Shown piece by piece: positions 25,913-35,664 of a stretch of 42,657 nt of DNA; position 1 is the stretch's first letter; the number at the start of each line of letters is the position of its first letter. A program made the position numbers and the translations under genes. The DNA is taken from positions 1-42,657 of the forward strand of contig CAJOML010000003.1 in NCBI GenBank assembly GCA_905235705.1. Reading direction: 5' to 3'. The notes under the pieces were generated by a model. That model searched no databases, had not been told where the DNA came from, and saw only the letters and a program-made list of their open reading frames with translations. Origin of the DNA: an uncultured Bacilli bacterium. GTDB lineage: Bacteria; Bacillota_I; Bacilli_A; RFN20; CAG-826.

Positions 25913-26034
25913 TTCATATGTAAAAAATTATGCTCAAACATTATCTTTATAGCCAAATTATGCGATTGGAAGCCTATTATGTAGAAATTTGGTATGGAAA
26001 AAACTAAGTTATCTGAGGAAAGTTCATGTTTGAT

Positions 26035-26065
26035 AAAAAGAAAACCCCACCGCGAAGGTGAGGCT
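26035..26065 (-). terminator. terminator after the 174-aa membrane protein gene
   Basis: Minus strand reads AGCCTCACC-ttcgc-GGTGGGGTT followed by TTCTTTTT. Confidence 0.75.
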
Positions 26066-26084
26066 AACTGAATAAGGGACTTGC

Positions 26085-26609
26085 TTATTTGCTTTTCTTG
26101 TCAAAGACAAACATGAAGACGACGGACAAGACGGCGTAAACGGCCATCAAGATACCGACGATGATCCAGAACGCTTGACGGAAGTCGGGGATGGCGAGAT
26201 AGAGTGAGGCAATCAAGACCGCGACGGCGCCGAAGACGATTTGGGCAATGCCCGTGGGAACAAGATCACGGCCACGGGTGAGAGTGTAGATGCCATAAAG
26301 GATAAGTCCAGCGCCACCACCAAGAACGACTAAGACAAGGGCGTTGATGAGCGGGGCAATCGTGAACCATTCCGTAAAGATGCCAACGCCAAGGCCGATT
26401 AAGGCGCCACCGCCAAGAACGACGGCAGGGCCAAGGGGGCGCTTAGTCGCCAATAAGACGATAGTAAGAATCGCAAGGGCGCCACCTAAGACAAGGCAAA
26501 CGACACCGAAATATTTATCCAAGACGGCTCCGCCACCATAGATGGCAACAAGGACACCGAGGATAAATAACACGGCAGCTTCGACAATCATTGTAACTTT
26601 TTTGTTCAT
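26085..26609 (-). CDS. small 6-TM membrane protein (HdeD/DUF308-like)
   Basis: Repeating Gly-rich hydrophobic helices. SD AGGA. Confidence 0.65.
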   Translation of the reverse strand: MNKKVTMIVEAAVLFILGVLVAIYGGGAVLDKYFGVVCLVLGGALAILTIVLLATKRPLGPAVVLGGGALIGLGVGIFTEWFTIAPLINALVLVVLGGGAGLILYGIYTLTRGRDLVPTGIAQIVFGAVAVLIASLYLAIPDFRQAFWIIVGILMAVYAVLSVVFMFVFDKKSK

Positions 26610-26752
26610 TTTTCCTATTATTCCTTTCGCGGATTATTGTAGCGGTCTTTCCCCGTCAATCAACAAAAAAAGAAACAAGAAGATATCGCTTTTATGGATG
26701 AAATACTTCCTATTGCTAGAAAACATTCTTTTGCCATACAATACTTCGGCTT

Positions 26753-29683
26753 ATGAATGGCAACGTATTATCTTTGGGTATCGATTTAGGTTCTACGACG
26801 GTTAAAACCGTCATTTTGGATGAGAATGGGAAATTGCTCTTTGGCAAATATCTTCGTCATGGGTCGAAAGCCAAAGATACATTACTTAGCGAATTAAAAG
26901 AAATCCAAACCCAATTCGGCGATATCGCGGTCTATCCATGCATGACGGGTTCGGCTGGGTTAGGCTTATCCAAACGTAGCGGCATCCCTTTCATCCAAGA
27001 GGTCGAAAGTTCTTTTGCCGCGATTAAAGCCCTATATCCGAAAACCGACTGCGCCGTCGAACTTGGCGGGGAAGATGCCAAAATCATCTTCGTCACCGGC
27101 GGGGTAGAGGAAAGAATGAACGGCCAATGCGCCGGTGGGACTGGAGCGTTTATCGACCAAATGGCGACTTTGCTTAATGTCGATGTCTCCGCATTGAACG
27201 AAATGGCAAAAAGGGCCGAAAAGGCTTATCCCATCGCTTCCCGTTGCGGGGTCTTTGCCAAAAGCGATATCCAATCCATCCTTAACCAGGGGGCTTCCAA
27301 AGAAGATATCGCCCGTTCCATCTTCTATGCCGTTGCCGATCAAACGATCGCCGGTTTAGCCCAAGGTAGGGAAATCGGCGGACATGTCCTTTTCTTAGGC
27401 GGTCCTCTCCATTTTATGCCTTCTTTGCGCGATGCTTTCCGTAAGAGATTAAACCTCACTGAGGAAGATGCCTTTGCTCCCGAAGAAGCGCCTCTATTTG
27501 TTGCCATTGGGGCAGCGCGTCAAGCTAAGACCTTAGGCCAACCGATTCTTGTCTCTGAGTTAATCAAAAATATTCAAAATTCAGGACATGGCGATGAAGT
27601 AAGCCACGGCAAACCCTTATTCAATAACGAAGAAGAATATGAAGCGTTCAAAGCGCGTCACCGTGACGTCGATTTGAAACGGGCTAAATTAGAAGAATAT
27701 CAAGGCAAAGCATATCTAGGGATCGATGAAGGTTCGACCACGACAAAAGTGGTTTTGCTATCCGAAAATAATGAGATTTTGTATCAATCTTACCAGTCTA
27801 ACGAAGGCTTGCCCTTAGACAATTTATTGCTTCGTTTACGGGAGATTTGCGCCAAAAAACACCCAAATTGCGAGATTGTTTCCTCTGCCGTTACAGGATA
27901 TGGCGAGGATTTAATCCGTTCCGCCTTTGGGGTGGATTATGGCTTAGTCGAAACCTTGGCCCATTTAAAGGCGGCTTCTTATTTCGAACCTGACGTCGAA
28001 TTCATTTTGGATATCGGCGGGCAGGATATCAAATGCTTCAAAGTCAGCAACGGGGCGATTGATTCCATCATGCTAAATGAGGCATGTTCGTCGGGCTGCG
28101 GATCGTTCTTGCAGTCCCTTGCCACTTCTTTAGGATATCCCTTAACCGAATTCGTCCATCTTGGCTATTTTGCCAAGAACCCGGTTGAATTAGGGTCACG
28201 TTGCACCGTCTTCATGAATTCTTCCATTAAGCAAGCTCAACGCGAAGGGGCAAACATCCAAGATATCTCGGCTGGGTTAAGCCGTTCGATTGTGAAGAAC
28301 GCCTTATATAAGGTGATCCGTGTCTCCAAAGCCGAAGACCTTGGCAAGAAAATCGTCGTCCAAGGCGGGACCTTCCTTAACGATGCCGTCCTCCGCGCTT
28401 TCGAACAAGAAATCGGTCACGAGGTTATCCGTCCTTCTATTTCTGGTTTGATGGGGGCTTTTGGCGCCGCCTTATATGCGAAAGAAAAAGGCGTGGGGGG
28501 AGGGCTCCTTAACGAAGAGCAACTTGCTTCCTTCACTTATAAATCACGTCACTTAACCTGCAATGGCTGCACTGCCCATTGCGCCCTTTCCTTGCTGGAA
28601 TTCCCCGGCGGAAAACGTTTCCTCTCGGGCAACAAATGCGGTAAGCCCGAAGGCAAAAAAGAAGCGACCGACGAATACAATATCTTCGCCTGGAAGAGAA
28701 AACGTCTTCTTTCCCTTGCTCCGAATCCGGAGAAGCCTATCGGGACGGTCGGTTTACCTTTATGCCTATCGATGTATGAGCAACTTCCGTTATGGGATAC
28801 CTTCTTTAAGGAATTAGGCTTTGCCACCATCACCACCAAAGAATCGACAAGGGCGATGTACCGCGCCGGACAAAAGACGATTCCTAGCGATACCGCCTGC
28901 TATCCCGCCAAGCTTTTCCATGGACACGTGGACTCTCTTTTAAAGGAAAACGTGGATTTTATCTTCTATCCTTCCGAGTCTTATAACACTGATGAAAAAC
29001 GTGGCGATAACCATTTCCATTGTCCAGTGGTCGCTTATTATGGAGAATTACTAAAGAGAAATGACGTGCGTTTAAATGAAGAGAATTTCTTTGATCCGTT
29101 CGTCTTTGTCGACGACATCAAAACCACGGCCAAAACGCTTACCGATGTGCTAAAGAAATACAACATCAAATTCGCCGATGCCAAGAAAGCTTTCGCCAAA
29201 GGCTACCAAGCGATGATGGATTATCGCGAAGATACCAAAAAAGAAGCTGACCGTCTTGTTCAAGAAGCCAAAGAAAAAGGTCGGCGCATCATTGTTTTAT
29301 GCGGACGTCCATATCATATCGATCCGGAAGTGAGCCATGGCATCGACAAGTTGCTTGTTGGCATGAATTGCTCCGTCTTATCCGAAGATTCACTTCGTTT
29401 TGAAGAGAAAATTAGGCCGCACGTCCTTAACCAATGGACGTATCACGCAAGGCTTTTCGATGCCGCCAATTATGTTAGCGAACACCCTGAAATGGAACTT
29501 GTCCAACTTGTTTCTTTCGGTTGCGGCATTGACGCGATTACCGGTGACGAAGTCCGTTCGATCCTAGAAGCAAAAGGCAGACTTTATACCCAAATCAAGA
29601 TCGATGAAATTCAAAACCTCGGGGCGGTGAAGATTCGTTTGCGTTCCCTTTTAGGCGCGATTGAAGAAAGAGAAAAAAGATGA
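26753..29683 (+). CDS. plsA: acyl-CoA dehydratase/reductase activase (two BcrAD_BadFG domains plus DUF2229-type domain), PlsA-like plasmalogen synthase subunit
   Basis: GIDLGSTTVK and GIDEGSTTTK ATPase motifs, ELGGEDAK / DIGGQDIK, Fe-S Cys motifs MNGQCAGGTG / LNEACSSGCG / SRCGVF / SRCTVF, SDTACYPAK and VSFGCGID. The symbol follows the C. perfringens two-gene architecture. Confidence 0.75.
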   Translation: MNGNVLSLGIDLGSTTVKTVILDENGKLLFGKYLRHGSKAKDTLLSELKEIQTQFGDIAVYPCMTGSAGLGLSKRSGIPFIQEVESSFAAIKALYPKTDCAVELGGEDAKIIFVTGGVEERMNGQCAGGTGAFIDQMATLLNVDVSALNEMAKRAEKAYPIASRCGVFAKSDIQSILNQGASKEDIARSIFYAVADQTIAGLAQGREIGGHVLFLGGPLHFMPSLRDAFRKRLNLTEEDAFAPEEAPLFVAIGAARQAKTLGQPILVSELIKNIQNSGHGDEVSHGKPLFNNEEEYEAFKARHRDVDLKRAKLEEYQGKAYLGIDEGSTTTKVVLLSENNEILYQSYQSNEGLPLDNLLLRLREICAKKHPNCEIVSSAVTGYGEDLIRSAFGVDYGLVETLAHLKAASYFEPDVEFILDIGGQDIKCFKVSNGAIDSIMLNEACSSGCGSFLQSLATSLGYPLTEFVHLGYFAKNPVELGSRCTVFMNSSIKQAQREGANIQDISAGLSRSIVKNALYKVIRVSKAEDLGKKIVVQGGTFLNDAVLRAFEQEIGHEVIRPSISGLMGAFGAALYAKEKGVGGGLLNEEQLASFTYKSRHLTCNGCTAHCALSLLEFPGGKRFLSGNKCGKPEGKKEATDEYNIFAWKRKRLLSLAPNPEKPIGTVGLPLCLSMYEQLPLWDTFFKELGFATITTKESTRAMYRAGQKTIPSDTACYPAKLFHGHVDSLLKENVDFIFYPSESYNTDEKRGDNHFHCPVVAYYGELLKRNDVRLNEENFFDPFVFVDDIKTTAKTLTDVLKKYNIKFADAKKAFAKGYQAMMDYREDTKKEADRLVQEAKEKGRRIIVLCGRPYHIDPEVSHGIDKLLVGMNCSVLSEDSLRFEEKIRPHVLNQWTYHARLFDAANYVSEHPEMELVQLVSFGCGIDAITGDEVRSILEAKGRLYTQIKIDEIQNLGAVKIRLRSLLGAIEEREKR

Positions 29684-30909
29684 GCAAGGCAAAAAGAGAG
29701 AAGAAAGCGTTATTCAAACGTTTAGTCGATGAGGGCTATACCGTTTTAGTGCCGGATATGTGCCCCATCCAGTTTCATTTGATTTCACGTGTCGCGGCTT
29801 TAGATGGACTGAAGTTTGTCGTGATTTCCCCGACCGACCAAAAAGCCAAAGACGATGGACTTTCCGTCATCCATAACGATGCTTGCTACCCCGTTGTCAT
29901 TGTCGCCGGGGCATTTATGAACGCGTTACGTTCAGGTAAATATGACGTGAATAAGACAGCTGTCTTAATCACCCAAACCGGCGGGGGATGCCGCGCCTCT
30001 AATTATTTATCTTTGTTTAAAAAGGCGTTCGCCAAAGAATTCCCGAAAGTTCCCGTTCTGTCTTTGAATTTTTCAGGTTTATCTGAAGAATATTCGCTGC
30101 CGTTATCGTTGCCTAGATTGATTCAACTTTTCTATGGAATCCTATATGGGGACATGCTGATGAACCTATATTTGCAGGCACGTCCTTATTATCCTGAAGA
30201 CGTGGTGGAGAAAGCGTTAAACGATACCTTGGCCAAACTTGATGCCCAAATTGGGACAAGGCGGTTCCTCCAAAAGAAAAAGAATTATGGCCTTATCCTT
30301 CATCATTTTAAGAATCTTCAGCCCCCGGCTAAGCGTAAACCCCTTGTCGGCATCGTCGGGGAAATCTATGTGAAGTATTCGCCTTTTGCCAATAACCATC
30401 TTTCCGATTTCCTCCATAAGGAAGGCTGCGAGGTCGTTTATCCGTCTTTGATGGAGTTCCTTCAGTATTTCGTTTATAACTGCATCAATGACCACGATCT
30501 TTATAAGATGAATCGCCGCACCTATCTCCTTTGGAAGATCGCTTACCGGTATTCGCTCCGGATTTGCAAAGAAGCGGCGAAAGCATTAGAAGGAACTTCC
30601 TTCCGTCCTTTCGAGGATTTCCAAGCCCTTGTCAAAGCCGGCCAAAAAGTCATCTCGACCGGCGTGAAGATGGGAGAAGGCTGGCTTATCCCGGCCGAGA
30701 TGGTCGAATATACCTCTGGCGCGGTCAAAAATATCGTGGTCGTGCAACCGTTTGGCTGCCTTCCTAACCATATCGTCGGCAAAGGAATGATTCGCCCGGT
30801 CAAGCAGCTTAACCCTGACGCGAATATCGTCGCTATCGATTTCGATGCCTCATCGACATCGGTTAACCAAGAAAACAGACTTAAACTGATGCTTGCAAAT
30901 TTGAATTAA
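29680..30909 (+). CDS. plsR: 2-hydroxyacyl-CoA dehydratase-like reductase subunit, PlsR-like
   Basis: HNDACYP, QTGGGCRASNY, VGIVGEIYVK, GEGWLI and QPFGCLPNH motifs. ATGA-coupled to the upstream gene. Confidence 0.72.
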   Translation: MSKAKREKKALFKRLVDEGYTVLVPDMCPIQFHLISRVAALDGLKFVVISPTDQKAKDDGLSVIHNDACYPVVIVAGAFMNALRSGKYDVNKTAVLITQTGGGCRASNYLSLFKKAFAKEFPKVPVLSLNFSGLSEEYSLPLSLPRLIQLFYGILYGDMLMNLYLQARPYYPEDVVEKALNDTLAKLDAQIGTRRFLQKKKNYGLILHHFKNLQPPAKRKPLVGIVGEIYVKYSPFANNHLSDFLHKEGCEVVYPSLMEFLQYFVYNCINDHDLYKMNRRTYLLWKIAYRYSLRICKEAAKALEGTSFRPFEDFQALVKAGQKVISTGVKMGEGWLIPAEMVEYTSGAVKNIVVVQPFGCLPNHIVGKGMIRPVKQLNPDANIVAIDFDASSTSVNQENRLKLMLANLN

Positions 30910-31004
30910 TTTTCCCTCAAAAACATCTTTTTTGCGGGTTTTATCGAAAATTAATCGTTTTCGCCTTTGGTTTATGTGCGCAAGCGTGCTAGGATAATGT
31001 CGCT

Positions 31005-31826
31005 ATGTTTAGATTTGCTCCGTTATTACAATTAGTCGGCCCAATTGCCCACATGAATGAGTACCAAAATTATTTGGGCTTAGTCTTTGCCATCTTGATT
31101 TTTATTGGCTTGGATGTCGTCTTTTTCATCATGATTAAGCGTTCCTTACCCCGTGGGTTTGTTATCGGCGCCGAAATCGCCCTTCTTCTCTTCTGGCTTT
31201 TTGGCCTTGATATTGGGGTTATCGTTACCTCGATTGCCCTTGTTTCTGGATGCACGTTATTCTTCGTTGCCAATATCAACGAGAACCGCACTTTCATCGG
31301 AAACAATATGCTGAACAAGGTGGCAAAACCGCGAAAACGTCGTGCACGTCCCGAGTCTTTGTTCGATCGCGAGGCGATGTATCATAAAGTCGAAAACGCC
31401 GTTATCACCTTATCCAGAAAGAAAACCGGCGTGCTGATTACTTTCCAAAAGAAGGATTTGCTTTCTTCCGTGATGAAGACCGGCACCCCAATCAACGCAC
31501 CTGTCTCTTCTGAATTGCTCCAAACCATCTTCTATCCTGGCACCCGTCTCCACGATGGGGCCGTCATCATCATCGAAGATCAAATTGCAGCCGCTTCCGT
31601 TTATTTCACCCCGACCACCCGCCCGTTAACCGGCAAATATGGATCTCGTCACCGCGCGGCTATCGGCATTTCGGAAGTTTCCGATGCCGTCACCGTTATC
31701 GTTTCCGAAGAAACGGGACGTATCTCCATCGCCTATGAGGGTGAATTGCAGACCGTTGGTCCCGATACTTTCTATGACACGTTATTAAGCTACATGTCCT
31801 TGGAAAAACAGGAAGACGAAGAATGA
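31005..31826 (+). CDS. cdaA: membrane diadenylate cyclase (c-di-AMP synthase)
   Basis: N-terminal TM helices, LHDGA and GSRHRAA motifs, VSEETGRIS. Lies upstream of glmM. Confidence 0.93.
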   Translation: MFRFAPLLQLVGPIAHMNEYQNYLGLVFAILIFIGLDVVFFIMIKRSLPRGFVIGAEIALLLFWLFGLDIGVIVTSIALVSGCTLFFVANINENRTFIGNNMLNKVAKPRKRRARPESLFDREAMYHKVENAVITLSRKKTGVLITFQKKDLLSSVMKTGTPINAPVSSELLQTIFYPGTRLHDGAVIIIEDQIAAASVYFTPTTRPLTGKYGSRHRAAIGISEVSDAVTVIVSEETGRISIAYEGELQTVGPDTFYDTLLSYMSLEKQEDEE

Positions 31827-33112
31827 CCACCTTTCCGCCTTTTGGAACCGATGGAATCCGTGGGGTTTATGGAAAAACCATAACCCCTTTTTTCTCCTAT
31901 GCCTTAGGTAAGGCAATTTTCAAATTAGGAAATATCAAGCGTCTAGCCATCGGCATGGATAACCGTCAAAGCGGGTCTCCTTTAATGCTTACTTTAGCTC
32001 AAGGGTTTGGTGAGAAAGTCGAAAGCTATGGCCCTTTGACAACACCTGCTTTTTCCTCGGTTTTAAGAAAAGGCAATTATGATTTAGGGGTAATGATCAC
32101 CGCTTCGCACAACGGACCTGAATATAACGGCTTTAAATTGCTAAACCCCGATGGAAGCAAAATAGACGTTAAATTAGAAAAACAAATCTCCTCTTTGCTA
32201 GAAATAGAAACCAATCCAAGCGGACCTATACATTTGAAAGAAAAAGACTTTTTTGATATCTACCGTGCAGGCTTTGTTTCATTTAAGACTAAAGGAAAAT
32301 ATGTCTTTGACCTTGCTTCCGGGGCAAGTCAATTTGTGGCGCCTGGAATCTGCGCTTTATTAGGAATCGATGCGACTTATATTGGCCTAGGAGAAGGAAG
32401 CACGATTAATCAAGGATGCGGCTGTCTCCATATGGAAAATCTGGCTAAGGCCATGGCCGCCGGGAATTATGATTTAGGTTTTTCTTTCGATGGCGATGGC
32501 GACCGTGTTTTGGCGATGGATAAAGAAGGCCATATCCTTGATGGGGACGATTTCTTATATTTGTTCGCCCTTTCTTTTAAACAAGATAATCGATTAAAAG
32601 GAAATGCCATTGTTTCGACAATCTATTCGAATTCATTCCTAAAAGAAGCGTTAAAGGAAGAAGGGATAGATTGCTTTGAAGCAGATGTGGGGGACCATAA
32701 TGTCTATCTCAAGCTCCAAGAGAATGATTTTCTTCTAGGTGGGGAGAATTCCGGACATATCATCGTTATGGATGAACTCCCTAGTGGGGATGGGCTCGCC
32801 AATGCGTTAAGGCTTATCGACATCTACGAAAACAAATCCCCCATTTTTGAGAAATTTAAAACCCTTTCCCATACACCAAGATCTGAAAAGGATGTTCATT
32901 TCGCCGCCGCGACTAAAGCCAAAGAAGCCTATGAATCAATTTCCTTTGCGAAAGCCGTAAAAGAAGGCCAAGCGAAAATCGAAGGGAAAGGGAAATTAGT
33001 CACCCGCCTTTCTGGGACCGAACCGTTAATTCGCGTTTTCGTGGAATCCCAAGACAAGGTGAAAAATGATACAATCGTTAGCGATATCGTTTCTTCGCTT
33101 AAAGAAAACTAA
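31823..33112 (+). CDS. glmM: phosphoglucosamine mutase
   Basis: FGTDGIRG, ITASHN, FDGDGDR, GGENSGH and RLSGTEPLIRV. Located between cdaA and glmS. Confidence 0.9.
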   Translation: MTTFPPFGTDGIRGVYGKTITPFFSYALGKAIFKLGNIKRLAIGMDNRQSGSPLMLTLAQGFGEKVESYGPLTTPAFSSVLRKGNYDLGVMITASHNGPEYNGFKLLNPDGSKIDVKLEKQISSLLEIETNPSGPIHLKEKDFFDIYRAGFVSFKTKGKYVFDLASGASQFVAPGICALLGIDATYIGLGEGSTINQGCGCLHMENLAKAMAAGNYDLGFSFDGDGDRVLAMDKEGHILDGDDFLYLFALSFKQDNRLKGNAIVSTIYSNSFLKEALKEEGIDCFEADVGDHNVYLKLQENDFLLGGENSGHIIVMDELPSGDGLANALRLIDIYENKSPIFEKFKTLSHTPRSEKDVHFAAATKAKEAYESISFAKAVKEGQAKIEGKGKLVTRLSGTEPLIRVFVESQDKVKNDTIVSDIVSSLKEN

Positions 33113-33115
33113 ATT

Positions 33116-34879
33116 ATGTGTGGGATTATCGGCGCTTGCGGCAAAGTCAATTTCAAAGAATATTTAACCGCCCAATTACGGAAACTCGACTACCGAGGAT
33201 ATGACTCCGCGGGGATTGGCTATTTCGTTTCTGATAAAATAGAGGTAAAGAAAGTTTTTGGTCGTGTCTCTTCGCTTGAATCTCTTCTCCCACCTAATAT
33301 CGATTCGCGCGTTGGCATTGGTCATACCCGCTGGGCGACGCACGGTCGTCCTAACGCCACTAACGCCCATCCTCAATGCTCAAATGATGGGAAAATCGCA
33401 CTTGTCCATAATGGGGTGATTTCCAACTATAAAACCCTGCAAAACCAACTTAAAGTCCGCAATTACCGCTTCTTTTCCGAAACCGATACAGAGGTGATTG
33501 TGAATCTTTTGGATTGGTATTATCGTCGTTCGGGCTCTTTTATCGAAGCCTTAGCCGAGGCAAGCGAAAACCTTGAAGGAACCTATGCCTGCGCGATTAT
33601 CGTCGAAGATGAACCTAACCGTCTTTTCTTTTTGAAAAAGGGCTCACCCTTATTAATATGCAAAGGTGAAGAAACGACCTATGTTAGCTCCGATCCGATT
33701 TCATTTGAAAAGGAAGCCGGACCCGTCTATGAACTTGAAGATGGAAGTTATGGCTATCTTAGCGATAAAGAGATTTCGGTTTATCAGAAAGGGGAACTAG
33801 TTTGCCCTAAACAAATTACGTTGCCGACTTCTTCTAACGACCTGGAATTAAATGGCTACTCCTATTATATGGAAAAGGAAATTCACCAAATTCCCCAATG
33901 CTTGGATAATCTCGTTTCCAATTATTTTGGTGAGGGCAAATTGAATTTCGAGTCTTCTTTGCTTGAAGCGATCGACAAAGCCAAAGAAGTTGAAATCTTA
34001 GGATGTGGCAGTTCTTATTTTGCCGCTTCTTCATCTTCTTTTTGTTTCCGCAAAAACGGGAAAAGATGCAGAGCCCAAATCGCTTCGGAATGGGATGAAG
34101 ACCAATTACGGCAGGAGGACGCTTTCTATATCCTTCTTTCGCAATCGGGTGAAACGGCTGATTTAATCCGTTGCCAAAATATCTTAAATCAAAGGGCCAT
34201 CCCCCATTTGGTGATTACCAACAAGAAAGGTTCGACCTTAGAAAGGAAGGCGACCTATTGTTTGCTTCTTTATGCCGGCGATGAAGTCGCGGTCGCTTCG
34301 ACTAAGACTTTCGCTTGCGAAGTGGGCTTGCTTTATCTTCTTTCTAGCCACGGCCGAGCTCTGGATGAACTTTCTTCCTCTTTTAAGCAATTAGGCGAAT
34401 GCATCGAAGATATTTTGTCGCGAAAAAAAGAAATCCAAAATCTCTCCGCTAAGCTTAGCGGCTCCTTATATGTTTTAGGGAAAGGGGAGTCTTATCCTTC
34501 CAGCCAGGAAGTCGCACTCAAATTCAAAGAAGTTTCTTATATTCATGCCGAGGCTTTCCCCAGTGGCGAATTCAAGCACGGCCCCATCGCCTTAATCGAA
34601 AACGATTTCCCTGTTTTAGTCCTCATTTCTTCTTCCAAAAACAACGCTTCCCTGCGGCTAGACACCGAAGGAATCAAATCACGTCAAGGCAATCCTATCA
34701 TCATTTGCAATGGTCCTTTTGCCTTAGATGGGGATGACTTCGCCTTTAAGGAAATCGAACCCGAATTAAACGCGATTGCCTTTGGTTGCATTGGGGCATT
34801 GCTATCTTTCTTTTATGCCTTAAATCAAGGTTATTCCATCGATAGGCCAAGAAATTTGGCCAAATCAGTCACCGTTTAG
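33116..34879 (+). CDS. glmS: glutamine--fructose-6-phosphate transaminase
   Basis: MCGIIG, YRGYDSAG, GHTRWATHG, SQSGETAD, KHGPIAL and PRNLAKSVTV. Confidence 0.95.
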   Translation: MCGIIGACGKVNFKEYLTAQLRKLDYRGYDSAGIGYFVSDKIEVKKVFGRVSSLESLLPPNIDSRVGIGHTRWATHGRPNATNAHPQCSNDGKIALVHNGVISNYKTLQNQLKVRNYRFFSETDTEVIVNLLDWYYRRSGSFIEALAEASENLEGTYACAIIVEDEPNRLFFLKKGSPLLICKGEETTYVSSDPISFEKEAGPVYELEDGSYGYLSDKEISVYQKGELVCPKQITLPTSSNDLELNGYSYYMEKEIHQIPQCLDNLVSNYFGEGKLNFESSLLEAIDKAKEVEILGCGSSYFAASSSSFCFRKNGKRCRAQIASEWDEDQLRQEDAFYILLSQSGETADLIRCQNILNQRAIPHLVITNKKGSTLERKATYCLLLYAGDEVAVASTKTFACEVGLLYLLSSHGRALDELSSSFKQLGECIEDILSRKKEIQNLSAKLSGSLYVLGKGESYPSSQEVALKFKEVSYIHAEAFPSGEFKHGPIALIENDFPVLVLISSSKNNASLRLDTEGIKSRQGNPIIICNGPFALDGDDFAFKEIEPELNAIAFGCIGALLSFFYALNQGYSIDRPRNLAKSVTV

Positions 34880-34889
34880 TAGAAATTGG

Positions 34890-34919
34890 CTATGGGAATT
34901 TTTCCCATAGTGATAAAAT
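34890..34919 (+). promoter_or_regulatory. inverted repeat plus extended -10 box upstream of deoD
   Basis: CTATGGGAA-ttt-TTCCCATAG (34890-34910) immediately followed by TGaTAAAAT. No U-tract. Confidence 0.5.
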
Positions 34920-34944
34920 CAAATTAACCACCAGGAGATTTTTT

Positions 34945-35664
34945 ATGCCTACCCCTCACAATGAAGCAAAAGCTGGCGAATTCGCCAAAGTCGTCCTTAT
35001 GCCGGGCGATCCTTTACGTGCCCAATGGATCGTCGATACCTTCCTTCATGATGCCAAGCGCGTCAATAACCTCCGCGGCATCAACGGCTACACCGGTTTC
35101 ACCAAAAACGGAAAACGGATTTCCGTCATGGCTTCCGGTATGGGCCTTCCCTCCATCGGTATCTATAGCCATGAACTTTATGACCAATATGACGTCGATC
35201 TCATCATTCGCGTCGGCACCGCCGGAAGCTATAACCCGAAAGTGAAAGTCGGGGATATCGTCATCGCCGAAGGGGCATCCACCAATTCCAATTGGCCCGC
35301 CCAATTTAATCTCCGTGGCGGCACATATTCGGCAACCGCCGATTTCGATTCGCTTCTTGCCGCCGTCGAAGTTTGCAAAGAAAAAGGCAAAAAATTTCAT
35401 GTCGGCAATACTTTATCCTCCGATATCTTCTATGACGTCGACCCCGTTTTCTGGAAAAAATGGGCCGAACTTGGCGTCCTTGCCGTTGAAATGGAAGCCT
35501 ATGCCCTTTATACCAACGCCGCAAGATTCGGTAGACGTGGGCTTTGCATCTTAACGATGTCGGATTCTTTCGTCGCCAAAGAAATCCTCTCGCCCGAAGA
35601 AAGGCAAACCGGGCTTGTCGATATGATTGAAGTGGCGATTGCCACGGCGGAGAAATTTGCCTAA
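34945..35664 (+). CDS. deoD: purine nucleoside phosphorylase (DeoD type)
   Basis: MPTPHN, MPGDPLRA, GMGLPSIGIY, IRVGTAG and VEMEA. SD AGGAG. Confidence 0.96.
   Translation: MPTPHNEAKAGEFAKVVLMPGDPLRAQWIVDTFLHDAKRVNNLRGINGYTGFTKNGKRISVMASGMGLPSIGIYSHELYDQYDVDLIIRVGTAGSYNPKVKVGDIVIAEGASTNSNWPAQFNLRGGTYSATADFDSLLAAVEVCKEKGKKFHVGNTLSSDIFYDVDPVFWKKWAELGVLAVEMEAYALYTNAARFGRRGLCILTMSDSFVAKEILSPEERQTGLVDMIEVAIATAEKFA

Noticed and set aside
29670-29690. Possible frameshift splitting a fused ~1400-aa activase gene at an A-rich junction
   Set aside because: The clean ATGA overlap falls at a domain boundary, and the two-gene form is a known natural arrangement.
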